Assembly (NCBI GenBank): GCA_038087875.1
Contig: CM075989.1
Coordinates: forward strand, 24,802,001 to 24,866,000
Origin: Malacoraja senta
Taxonomy: Eukaryota
Length of the DNA: 64,000 nt
Direction of reading: 5' to 3'
The notes under the pieces are model-generated. The model did not search any database, was not told where the DNA came from, and worked only from the letters and a program-made list of their open reading frames with translations. This document shows, one piece after another, positions 12,653 to 24,918 of the stretch. A program made the position numbers and the translations under genes. The stretch's first letter is position 1, and each line of letters begins with the position of its first letter.

Positions 12653-13693
12653 GCCCACATCAACTCATTACCAGGTGAGTGAACGGCTTTAGTTTATCTC
12701 CTGTAAAGGTCAGCGTTCTCCTGTGGGATCCCTCTTGTCCCGCTGGGTTTCTCTAATAGGTTGTTTATTATCCTGCGAGTTGTTGAGTAAAATCCTCACT
12801 CTCTGTTTCAAGAAGCTAATCCCACCGGCCAGCTGAAAGGACAAACACAGGCAACATATCTTTCGTTGTGTAGGAAGGAATTGCAGATTCTGGTTTACAC
12901 CGAAGATAGACACAAAATGCTGGAGTAACTCAGCGGGACAGGCAGCATCTCTGGAGAGATGGGATGGGTGACGTTAGGTCGAGAATCTTCTTCAGACTGA
13001 GAATCATGGGCGAGGGAGACACGGAGATAAGGAAGGACAAAGTGGGAAAACGAGACATCAAAAGATGAGATCAAGGGGAGATGAGATCAAGGAGATAGAG
13101 GATGAGAGAGCAGAGAAAGACAATGAAGAATGGGCAGACAAGGAGAATCCAAACAACTGGAAACATTCCCACATGGAGCAAGTGTCATGTTGAGAGGAAT
13201 TCTCAGGGCCTGTCAGCCATGTGGTGCCATCAACCGGGAGACAACAGATATGTGTATAGTATGCTGCCACAATTATCAAATCATATTAACATCTGCAGTG
13301 TATTTCCTCATTATGGCAAAGTGTCTTCACTTGAGCACACATGTTGGGGATACCGGAGAGCTGCCAAAATAAATAGTATTCCTTCTTTCACATTACACTC
13401 TCTCTGAACCATACTTCCAAGCCAGTTCTAATCTAAGTCACAAGTTTTTGAAATGTAATGCAGACATAACAATGATTCACGAGGTCGTCAAATTCTAATG
13501 ATTTTCTGAATGGCATTTAAAAAAAGCTAACTACCTGTAGAGAGTATGACCAGACAGACTTGCATTTGTATAGCGCCTGTGATTGATAACCTCACAATAT
13601 CCCAAAATATATGATCAGCTTCTGGATTAATACGGGTGTCAAAGGTTACCGGGAGAAGGCAGGAGATGGGGTTGAGGGAAAGATATGCCTGCA

Positions 13694-14030
13694 GGCCCCA
13701 GGCCCCAACACTGGCCCGAACACCACCACCAGGCCCCAGGCCCCAACGCTGGCCCGAACACCACCACAAGGCCCTGGGCCCCAACGCTGGCCCGAACACC
13801 ACCACCAGGCCCCAGGCCCCAACACTGGCCCGAACACCACCACAAGGCCCTGGGCCCCAACGCTGGCCCGAACACCACCACCAGGCCCCAGGCCCCAACA
13901 CTGGCCCGAACACCACCACCAGGCCCCAGGCCCCAGGCCCCAACACTGGCCCGAACACCACCACCAGGCCCCAGGCCCCAACACTGGCCCGAACACCACC
14001 ACAAGGCCCTGGGCCCCAACGCTGGCCCGC
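13694..14030. repeat. 38-bp C-rich minisatellite (GGCCCCAGGCCCCAACACTGGCCCGAACACCACCACCA)
   Basis: About 8-9 tandem units, two alternating variants. Confidence 0.92.
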
Positions 14031-15374
14031 GCCGCCTGCCCGAACACCACCAGGCCCAGTCCCGTGATGCCATCTTTGCCACGAGGAGCAGCACCAACAC
14101 TCACCGCTTCCCTGACCGATCTCAGGCCCGGACCACCGAGTACGCCACCGTCGCCGACCTCCACATGGCCGCTGCCGCCGACCTTCACCTACCCACCAAT
14201 GGCGCCGATCCTCGCCGTCTCACCAGGACCTCCAACTATCGCCGCTTCACCGCGACCGCCGACCCTCGCCGTCTCACCGGCCATCTGCTGACCGGGACTT
14301 CCGGCACTTCGCCCACTGACCCGGACTCCACTCCTCGCGGGCCTCCACCATTGACTCTACCGACCCTCGCCACTCCACCGCCCACCAGCAGGCCACAGCC
14401 GTCGCCTTACCTGAGTCCCAGGCTCAGCACCGGGCCTGAAGTCACCTCTTCCCAGGGTGGAATTATCCAACACTGGAGGACACAGCTTTAAGGTGAGAGG
14501 GCAAGGGTTTGTACACAGAGGGTGGTGGGGGCCTGGAACACACGTGCTGCCAGGGGTGGTGGTGGAGGCAGGTACCATACTGGCGATTGGCTTTCAGATA
14601 GGCACATGGATGTGCAGGGAATGGAGGGATACGGATCACGTGCAGGCAGAGGAGATTAGATCAACCTGGCATCATATTGGGAATGGACATTGTGGGCTGA
14701 AGGGCCTGTCCTGTACTGTTCTATGTTCTATGTTAGTTCTATGTACGTTAGAACAGCTGTTGGAGCCCTTTTCCTCCACAGCAGAGATGTACAGGCAAGG
14801 GGAGAATACTGTACATCAGAAGTCATTGACTGGGTTTCCTGCTTGAAGCCAACACCACTCTGACTTCCAGCAAATGCTGAGGTGTTGAAAGTTGTGACAG
14901 CTCATTACGTTAAAAGTCAAGTCTAGACAGAGAGGTATTTGTAATCCGTGTCCAGAGCTATGGGTTTTTTCCCTCTCTTTTGTAGAGAGCTGCAGTACAT
15001 ATAAACATCTCAATGTTTAAGTAATTGGAATTCTTAGCACATGACTCAATTTGAGATCATTATGTCAACCTGCACTGACACATCACGGAGCCAGTGACAG
15101 TGGCCCGGATAGGTGGCCTTATGGTCCGGTGTTCATCATGAATAGGGTTCAGTACCGTGCTCTGTAGACCCTGCATTACATTACCTTGATGTGCAGCAAG
15201 GAACTGCAGATGCTGGTTTATACCCAAGATAGACACAGAGTGCTGGAGTAACTCAGCGGGTCAGGCAGCATCTGTGAAGAACATGGATAGGTGACGTTTT
15301 GGGTCAGAGCCCTCCTTAAGACCCCTGTCTGTCTACCTTACATTACTTTGATCCCTGATTTACACCCTTGGTAC

Positions 15375-15645
15375 TTGCAGTGCCGGAGACCCGGGTTCAA
15401 TCCTGACTACGGGTGCTGTCTGTATGGAGTTTGCACGTTCTCCCCGTGACCCCAAGGGTTTTCTCTAAGATCTTCAGTTTCTTCCCACACTCCAAAGACG
15501 TGCAGGTTTGTAGGTTAATTGGCTTGGTATAAATGTAAACTGTCCCTAGTGTGTGTAGGATAGCGTTAATGTGCTGGGATCACTGGTTGGTGCGGACTCA
15601 ATGGGTCATTTTCCGCGCTGTATCTCTAAACTAAACTAAACTAAA
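15375..15645 (+). mobile_element. HE1-like V-SINE (5' clipped)
   Basis: B box, V-domain, (CTAAA)n tail. Confidence 0.85.
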
Positions 15646-15766
15646 ATAGGGTTTATGAAGGAACTGCAGATGCTGGAAAATCGAAGGTAGACAAAAATGC
15701 TGGAGAAACTCAGCGGGTGAGGCAGCATCTATGGAGCGAAGGAAATAGAAGGGTTCAAAGAAGTGT

Positions 15767-15794
15767 CTGAAGAAGGGTTTCGACCCGAAACGTT
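15767..15794 (+). ncRNA. Minimal hammerhead ribozyme motif in the loop of a 64-bp fold-back
   Basis: CUGAAGA-A-GGGU-UUCG-ACCC-GAAAC-GUU, with palindromic AACGUU at helix III. Confidence 0.55.
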
Positions 15795-16721
15795 GCCTAT
15801 TTCCTTCGCTCCATAGATGCTGCCTCACCCGCTGAGTTTCTCCAGCATTTTTGTCTACCTAAACTAAAATTGGGCATTGGAGTCCTTGCCTCTGACGCAT
15901 CTACAACAAGGAAAGGACTTGCGTCAAACAGCACAGTCCACAACCACAGATTGGATAGTCCACCATTAACAAGATAATAATGAGGTAGCCCAGCATTGTA
16001 CATTAGCCACTAGGAGGTGGCTGTGGGTGTGGGCAGTGGGGGATTGTGGCCACAGCCAGTTGTTGTGGTTCTCAGGGCATGCTATGGGTGGACTTTTGGA
16101 GTGAAGGAATGGGTGACGTTTCGGCCCGAGACCCTTGTTCAGAAGTAAAAGGGTCTCGACCCGAAACATCATCCCTTCCTTCTCTCCAGAGATGTTACCC
16201 GTCCTGCTGAGTTACTCCTGCATTATGTGTCTATCTTCAGTTGAAACCAGCATCTGCAGTTCCTTCCTACAGCTCTTGTGTTGCCAGGTTTGCGAGTTAG
16301 AGATCCCCCCTGCTGCTGCTGCAATCTTCACGAAGCAGATTTATAGACGGCGTGAAACGAGCGCATTTCATGGATATGTAACTGTTGGGGAAAACCTTTC
16401 AGCTGCCGGTTGGTCCTAAAATGCAACATCTGTGAATCTTTAATTGATAGTAAAAACTAATGATGGTTCTGGGCTCTGGAGAGTGCAGTTTAAAGACACC
16501 GTCACTAATTACCATATTAATGGGAGGCTAAAGAATAAGTATAAAAATGGTTAAACAATATATAATCCAGAATATTGAGAAGAATGCAGTGCAGGTCTTT
16601 GACAAAACCTCAGCTGCCCAGCCCCATGGGATGATCCCTCGTGCATCATCTAGCCTCTTCTATTGTGTGTTCTAAATGCTGGAGATGTAGGCTGCACTAC
16701 ACAGGAAGGCTCTATGATAGA

Positions 16722-16983
16722 CAGAGTGCTGGAGTAACTCAGCGGGTCAGGCAGCATCTGTGGAGAACATGGATAGGTGATGTTTCACAGAGTGCTGGAG
16801 TAACTCAGCGGGCCAGGCAGCATTTCTGGAGAATATGGATAGGTGACGTTTCACAGAGTGCTGGAGTAACTCAGCGGGCCAGGCAGCATTTCTGGAGAAC
16901 ATGGATAGGTGACGTTTCACAGAGTGCTGGAGTAACTCAGCGGGTCAGGCAGCATCTCTGGAGAACATGGATAGGTGACGTTT
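16722..16983. repeat. 66-bp tandem repeat (4 units)
   Basis: Same unit as 7441-7750. Confidence 0.92.
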
Positions 16984-17870
16984 CCGGTCGAGATCCTTCT
17001 CCAGATATACATGGATACAGTGTCCCCTAGACCTCTCTTGCTTGGTGGGGCTCAGAGAAGCTCCCTTTCAATCCTAACTCCATTACTCAGTTGTAAGATG
17101 TGACATTTATCAAAAGTTATCAGTTGTTCATAAATGATTACAAACCACTTTATAATCTGAAGGGTCCTGACCTGAAACGTCACCTATCCATGTTCTCCAA
17201 AGATGCTGCCTCATCCACTCACTCCAGCACTTTGGGTCTTTTTTTGTCAAGAGTGTTTTATTGTCATTTGTCCCAAATAGAACAATGAAATTCTTACTTG
17301 CATTAGGTTTAGGGTTAAACTAGCATCTGCAGTTCCTTGTGTCCACAAACCCGTTTATTTGTGAATGCCTTTTGTCAAGAGTGTGGTCATCTTTGGTGGC
17401 TAAGTTCAGATAAAGTTCTTTCAGACAGTGACATCAACGTTGAGATGCGTAGAAGGATTCGCCGGGCTATTTCTGTTCACTTTACATGCTGTAAAATGGG
17501 GTTGCAGTGAGGAGCTGCAGCGAGCTATGAGACAATAGTGTGGGAGATGGTGAGGGAATGAGAATGCTCTTCACCACAGATCTCCAACGGCTGCCCGCTT
17601 CCACAAGTAGACACAGTCGTTTACTTTGTGAGTCGAGGCTGCATTGTTTCATTCAGGTGTGAACTCAATAAACTCAATTCAGCCATTTTGGCTGATTCAG
17701 GATTGAGAATCTCTGCTTATTCAAATCACTCCTAGTCAGATGGTGAAGCTGAACTTGCAGCACCCAGCACATTGAGTCAGGCCACAGTTTCCACAGCAGT
17801 AGGTTTGGTTTTGGAGTGGTTGTGTTTTTGTACAAAGTAGTCACTGATCTGCAGAGTGCCGTAGACTCCT

Positions 17871-17962
17871 CACTGCCGGCACGGTGCCAGAGTGTTGAAC
17901 GTTCCACACTGCCGGCACGGTGCCAGAGTGCCGTGCGTTCCACATTGCCGGAACGGTGCTGT
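17871..17962. repeat. Short tandem repeat, ~36-bp period, 3 units
   Basis: cactgccggcacggtgccagagtg recurs three times, the third copy diverged. Confidence 0.8.
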
Positions 17963-18249
17963 GCATCACGAATGTCCAACTAAAGCTCGCAAAGTTTCCA
18001 ATCACACTTCCCAAAGACACAGTACGCTGGAGGCCACACTGCCACACCAGAGACATCTCTGCTGCACAACTGCAATGACCCAGGTCAATGCTGACCTCCA
18101 CACAAGGCAACAGAATGAGGTTAGGAGGGAGAGATAGATCAGCCATGATTGAATGGCAGATGGACTTGATGGGCTAAATGGCCTAATTCTGCCCCTATCA
18201 CTTTTGAACTTTTGAACTTTACATGTTCTTCCTGTGACTATCTGGGTTT

Positions 18250-20285
18250 TCTCCAGTTATCCCAGTGTTAGCCCAGTGTTAGCCCAGTGTTATCCCAGTG
18301 TTATCCCCAGTTATCCCCAGTTATCCCCAGTTATCCCCAGTTATCCCAGTGTTATCCCCAGTTATCCCCAGTTATCCCAGTGTTATGCCAGTGTTATCCC
18401 AGTGTTATCCCCAGTTATCCCAGTGTTATCCCCAGTTATCCCAGTGTTAACTCCAGTTATCCCCAGTGTTATCCCAGTGTTATCCCAGTGTTATGCCAGT
18501 GTTATCCCAGTGTTATCTCCAGTTATCCCCAGTTATCCCCGTGTTATCCCCAGTGTTATCTCCAGTTATCCCCAGTGTTATCCCAGTGTTATGCCAGTGT
18601 TATGCCAGTGTTATCCCATTGTTATCCCCAGTGTTATCCCAGTTATCCCAGTGTTATCCCAGTGTTATCCCCAGTTATCCCCAGTTATCCCAGTGTTATG
18701 CCAGTGTTATCCCAGTGTTATCCCCAGTTATCCCAGTGTTATCCCCAGTTATCCCAGTGTTAACTCCAGTTATCCCCAGTGTTATCCCAGTGTTATCCCA
18801 GTGTTATGCCAGTGTTATCCCAGTGTTATCTCCAGTTATCCCCAGTTATCCCCGTGTTATCCCCAGTGTTATCCCAGTGTTATCCCAGTGTTATCTCCAG
18901 TTATCCCCAGTGTTATCCCAGTGTTATGCCAGTGTTATCCCAGTGTTATCCCAGTGTTATCCCAGTGTTATCCCAGTGTTATCCCCAGTGTTATCCCAGT
19001 GTTATCCCCAGTGTTATCCCAGTGTTATCCCCAGTGTTATCCCAGTGTTATCCCAGTGTTATCCCAGTGTTATCCCAGTGTTATCCCCAGTGTTATCCCA
19101 GTGTTATCTCCAGTTATCCCAGTGTTATCTCCAGTTATCCCCAGTGTTATCCCCAGTGTTATCCCAGTGTTATCCCAGTGTTATCCCAGTGTTATCTCCA
19201 GTTATCCCAGTGTTATCTCCAGTTATCCCCAGTGTTATCCCAGTGTTATCCCCAGTGTTATCCCCAGTGTTATCCCAGTGTTATCCCCAGTGTTATCCCA
19301 GTGTTATCCCAGTGTTATCCCAGTGTTATCTCCAGTTATCCCAGTGTTATCTCCAGTTATCCCCAGTGTTATCCCAGTGTTATCCCCAGTGTTATCCCCA
19401 GTGTTATCCCAGTGTTATCCCAGTGTTATCCCAGTGTTATCCCAGTGTTATCCCAGTGTTATCCCAGTGTTATCCCCAGTGTTATCCCAGTGTTATCCCC
19501 AGTGTTATCCCCAGTGTTATCCCAGTGTTATCCCCAGTGTTATCCCAGTGTTATCCCAGTGTTATCCCAGTGTTATCTCCAGTTATCCCAGTGTTATCTC
19601 CAGTTATCCCCAGTGTTATCCCAGTGTTATCCCCAGTGTTATCCCCAGTGTTATCCCAGTGTTATCCCAGTGTTATCCCAGTATTATCCCAGTGTTATCC
19701 CCAGTGTTATCCCAGTGTTATCCCCAGTGTTATCCCCAGTGTTATCCCAGTGTTATCCCCAGTGTTATCCCCAGTGTTATCCCAGTGTTATCTCCAGTTA
19801 TCCCCAGTGTTATCCCAGTGTTATCCCCAGTGTTATCCCAGTGTTATCTCCAGTGTTATCCCAGTGTTATCTCCAGTTATCCCAGTGTTATCTCCAGTTA
19901 TCCCCAGTGTTATCCCCAGTGTTATCCCCAGTGTTATCCCAGCGTTATCTCCAGTTATCCCAGTGTTATCTCCAGTTATCCCCAGTGTTATCCCAGTGTT
20001 ATCTCCAGTTATTCCAGTGTTATCCCAGTGTTATCCCCAGTGTTATCCCAGTGTTATCTCCAGTTATTCCAGTGTTATCCCAGTGTTATCCCCAGTGTTA
20101 TCCCAGTGTTATCTCCAGTTATCCCCAGTGTTATCCCAGTGTTATCCCCAGTGTTATCCCAGTGTTATCTCCAGTTATCCCAGTGTTATCCCCAGTGTTA
20201 TCCCGGTGTTATCTCCAGTTATCCCAGTGTTATCTCCAGTTATCCCCAGTGTTATCCCAGTGTTATCCCCAGTGTTCTCCCCATC
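18250..20285. repeat. ~2-kb array of 10-12-bp units (CCCAGTGTTAT, CCCCAGTGTTAT, CCCCAGTTAT, CTCCAGTTAT)
   Basis: Read directly; source of three spurious long ORFs. Confidence 0.97.
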
Positions 20286-22524
20286 CCAGTATTGTGCAGG
20301 TTGGAGGGTGAACAGACGAGGGTAACTTGCCCCGGGTGTGGGAGAGTGGTGGGAGATTCGGGTTGACGTTAATGGGCAAGTGAGAGGTTGCAAGGGGGGA
20401 TTGGTATTGATGCATTGCTCTGGGAGCCAGCATAGATTCAAAGGGCTGAAGGGCCTTCTGCTCTGCTGCAAGGATATGTGCCACCGTGGGGTTCCTCCAG
20501 TAATATGCTTTCTCATATTGAACCATATTCGCCTCAAAGTAATACAAAGTATGCTTAATTACTGGAGTAACTCAGCGGGACAGGCAGCATCTCTAGAGAC
20601 AATGAATGGCTCGTGACCCTTCTTCAGGTCGAGATGTTCTCAACCCAAAACGTCACCCATTCCTTCTCTCCAGAGATGCTGCCTGTCTCGCTGAGTTACT
20701 CCAGCATTTTGTGTCTACCTTCAGTTTAAACCAACATCTGCAGTTCCTTACTGCACATGCTTATTTACTGGTTATTTAATATTCCTGCCTCCACCTATAG
20801 TTCTGATAAGTTGCTGCTGTAACAAGAATCAGAGAAAACCAAAGATTCACAACTTGCTGTGTTTGAGAGCAGTGAAGAAAAAGCAAATATCAGTTTGTGA
20901 TCACCGGGTGAATGGTGCTAATGTGAAGAAGGGAGTCTAGTGGTGAATGGATGGAAGATGAGGCAGAGGAATGGTGTGAGAGGATCTCACCGTGGGGCCG
21001 AGTGGGACCAACTCCTTGACTGTCATCCATTACATCTCCCCCCTCCCCCCCACCCCTTCTCCCCCTCCCCCTCCTGTGCCAAGAGTCTGTCAACAAGGAA
21101 AGGATATCGACTTACATGAGCGAACATCACCCCTGGGGACATGAAGGGTCAGAGGAGTTTATAAGCCTGTGTGATACGTGATGCTTTCAGTTTGACAGGG
21201 AAGGTTTGGTCACTGGAGATTAGCCAATGATGGTTTGCACCCAGATGCTGTCTGGCCCAGAGTTCCTCCTGTACACTGTGCTTTGCTGAGGATTCCAGCA
21301 TCTGCAGTTCCCTGTGTGTGCAGCTCTCTCTGCTCCAGGGTGCACGGAGTGAGTTGTGCAGCAGTGGGTTTGGAAGCGGCGAGAGTGGGCATGGATCCCG
21401 TGTACATGTTGGAGCGGTCCCTGTGTTAACCCGAAACAAAAATACAACGTGCTGGAAAAACCCAAAGATCAGGCAGCAATATGTCTTCAGGCAGTCTTCA
21501 AGGGCAGTCACGTCACGTCACGGTGGCGCAGCGGTAGCGTTGCTGCCTTACAGCAAAATGCAGTGCTAGAGACCCAGGTTCGATCCCGACTACGGGTGCT
21601 GTCTGTACGGAGTTTGTACGTTCTCCCCGTGACCTGCATGGGTTTTCTCCGAGGTCTTCAGTTTCCTCCCACACTCCAAAGACGTACAGGTTTGTGGGTT
21701 AATTGTCCAATGCTGAGTGATGCTCAGCCTCGAGCTTTTCAGCGTTCCACATCCAGATCCAGACTCAGCCTGTTGTGTTTGGAAGGACATTGAGATTCAG
21801 GTTAAGTTGGCCCAGAGCTGACGCCTCACTGGCACAAAGCTAACTTTCATCCTTCTGCTTCCCAATATACAGATTTGTTTTGGTTAGGAAGGAACTGCAG
21901 ATGCTGGTTTAAACCAAAGATAGACACAAAAAGCTGGAGCAACCCAGTGGGACAGGCAGCATCTCTGGAGAGAAGGAATGGGTGACATCTCAACCTGGGA
22001 CATCACTATCCCTTTTGTCCTGAGATGCTGTCTGACCCGCTGAGTTACTCCAGCTTTTGGTGTCTATCTCTAGATTTGCTTTACTCTCTGGACAAATCAT
22101 ACTTTCTGACAAGGACCGAAAAAGCAGAGTTGAATCGTGAGGATGAGATTTTAACCCGTGCACGTGATGTACAGGAATGAATTACACTGTACCTCTGTAC
22201 ATGTGACAAATAAGGTACCATAAGAGGGAGAGTGGACCTTGCTTTCTGGGTTCTGCTGTCAACTTGGGCCATTGGTGTGAGACAAGGTGGTCAGACTCTG
22301 CCCTCTACAGGCCTCGCTGAACAATGCGTCTCTGACCACTGGTCTGTGCGGTGTCACGTGGACACTGACCACCTGGTTCATTGTCAATGGAGAATCACAG
22401 CCAGTTCCCACAAATCTCAAGAGGCCACGGCGCATTGATTAGCCCCTTGAAAGCCTCTGATTCCGGCTCATACTGGCACATCAACACTCGCTTTTAGGCA
22501 TCAATCAATTTTAAGATTGATTAG

Positions 22525-22825
22525 TTTAGTTTAGTTTAGTTTAATTTAGAGATATAGCATGGAAACAGGCCCTTCGGCCCACCAAGTCAGCGCTGACCAC
22601 ACATTAATCCCCGCACATTAACACACACACACTGGGGAAAATTTACATTTATACCAAGTCAATTAACCTACAAACATGTACGTCTTTGGAGTGTGGGGGG
22701 AAACCGGAGCGCCTGGAGAAAACCCTCACGGGTCATGGGGAGAACGTACAAACACCGTACAGACAGCACCCGTAGACTGGGTTGATCCCGGGTCTCTGGC
22801 GCTGTGAGGCAGCAACTCTACCGGT
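22525..22825 (-). mobile_element. HE1-like V-SINE (further copies/fragments at ~5100-5600, 11581-11680, 21521-21708, 28310-28596, 29933-30085, 31035-31260, 34030-34235, 41600-41760, 51150-51240)
   Basis: (TTTAG)n tail and V-domain on the minus strand. Confidence 0.85.
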
Positions 22826-24147
22826 GAAGATGTTCCGGGCGTGAAGTCGCATTGTGGTTGGGAAAACCACAGGATGGAAAACCCTGCAAGCTGAGGAACT
22901 AATATCTCTTCCATGTGGTAAAGAAAAGTAACTATCTCTCAGCCTATGGTCTTGTTTTCATCTCTGGGCTTGGTCCACCAAATGCCCATCATTCACCCTC
23001 ACCTGTATCCACCTATCACTTGCCTGGCTTTGCCCTGCCCCTCCTCTCTGCCAGCTTTCTTTCCCCTACTATAATCCATCTGAAGAATGGCCCTGACTAG
23101 AAACGTTGCCTATCCATGTTCTCAGCCCCCGGAGATGCTGCCCTCCCCCTCGCCTCCCCCTCCCCTCCCATCCTCTTCCCCCTCCGCCTCCCTCTTCCCC
23201 CTCCCCTCCCTCTCCACTCCCTCCTCCTCCCCCGCCCTCGCCCTCTTCCCCCTCCCCCCCCCTCCGCGCTGTATCTCTAAACTAAACTAAAAACCTAAAC
23301 ATTAGCAAAATGCGATGTCTGCAGGATGTGGTCGGGAGCCACTGAGTTGCACCATTAATAATCTCCCAGGTAAGGACAGGTGAGACTGGGTTAAGGTGGG
23401 AGTTAAAGAGAGTACCCAGCCCTGGAGTAACACTGGTTCACTCTTTACAAGATTCACAAGATGTTTTCCGTACATTATTTAATTGTTCCTGTGCTCTACA
23501 TGTTAATGTACATTCACTCACACACCCTGTGGTGCTGAAGCACGTCGGCATGTTTACTGTGGCCAAAGGATCTATACATCGACCAATGACAATATGTGGA
23601 TCAGCAAGTATTGGCCATTCACCAAGGAGCTGGTTAATTTGCCACATGTTCTTCATTACGCTTCACGTTGTACATCAGTGATGTGGATGAGGACATTGGA
23701 GGCTTGGTGGCCAAGTTTGCAGATGATATGAAGCTAGGTGGAGGGGCAGGTAGAGTAGAGAACGCTGGGACTCTGCAGAAGGAAGTGGATCGGGCTTGTT
23801 ACCTCAACAGCAAAAGCAGAATGTCTGCAAGATTACAAGAGGCAGAGGAGAAGTCGTCAAAAACATCTTTTCCCGTGATAGGCAAAAAAGTATAAATAGG
23901 AAGATTAATAGTTTCAGGTGAAAGAAAGGAGTCTTAAATGACATCTGAATAGTATTACATATTCACACAGTGAAGGGACTGGTGCACTACCATGCTGTAT
24001 TCTGCATCCTGTATCTTCCCCTTTGCTCCACCTATTGTACTTGAGTTTGAACTGTCTGTATCTATGTATAGTATTTCTGATCATCTATTGGAAAGTAAAC
24101 AAAACAAAGCTTTACTCTGTACCCCAGTACACATGGCAATAACAAAT

Positions 24148-24455
24148 GGCACGGTGGCGCAGCGGTAGAGTTGCTGCCTCACAGAGACCCGGGTTCGATC
24201 CTGACTATGGGTGCTGTCTGGATGGAGTTTGTACGTTCTCCCCGTGACCTGCGTGGGTTTTCTCCGGGTGCTCCGGTTTCCTCCCACACTCCAAAGATGT
24301 GCAGGTTTGTAGATTAATTTGGCTTGGTAAAATTGTAAATTGTCCCTAGTGTGTGTAGGGTAGTGTTGGTGTGTGGGGATCGCTGGCCGGCACAGACACG
24401 GTGGGCCGAAGGGCCTGTTTCTGTGCTGTATCTCTAAACAAAACTAAACTAAACT
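24148..24455 (+). mobile_element. HE1-like V-SINE, full length
   Basis: GGTGGCGCAGCGG..GGTTCGATCC..V-domain..(CTAAA)n. Confidence 0.88.
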
Positions 24456-24681
24456 CAACTTAAATGTCCGGAATACACTGTCAGAGGAAGTGAGGGAACC
24501 ATATGTAATTATTATGTTCTAAAGGCATTTGGACAAATTATTACTGTGTCCTTCATTAGATAGAGCATAGAAAGATACAGTCCGAATGCAGGCAAATGTG
24601 GGCAGTGAAGATGGACAAAGGCTTGGCGTGGACATGGTGGGCTAAAGAAACAGTTTCCTTGCTGGAAAACTTTGACTCTAA

Positions 24682-24918
24682 AGGGCCTGTACCACTTTCA
24701 CGACCTAATTCACGACCTTTTTTACTCGTGGACATTTTTCATCAGGTTGAAAAAACACCCCGACCTACTTGATGCCACGAGTACCTACGACTAGCATCAC
24801 GACCTGCTACGACCTACCTACAACCTCCTACGACCTCGTGATGGCCATGCTGCGAGTATGAGTCAAGGGCAAACTCGGCAGAGGTTGTGAATTAGGTCGT
24901 GAAAGTGGGACAGGCCCT
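24682..24918. mobile_element. PIF/Harbinger-like MITE
   Basis: TIRs AGGGCCTGT(A/C)CCACTTTCACGACCTAATTCAC; flanks TAA/TTA. Confidence 0.8.

Noticed and set aside
13527..14491. Pro/His-rich ORFs on both strands
   Set aside because: Products of a 38-bp GC-rich tandem repeat.
18250..20285. Interstitial telomere
   Set aside because: Unit ATAACACTGGG is not TTAGGG-derived in any clear way.
18234..20366. 710/619/510-aa ORFs
   Set aside because: Translations of an 11-bp satellite lacking stop codons; no coding features.
24148..24215. tRNA genes at A/B-box sequences
   Set aside because: They are heads of V-SINEs that continue into the V-domain and LINE-like tail; no complete cloverleaf.
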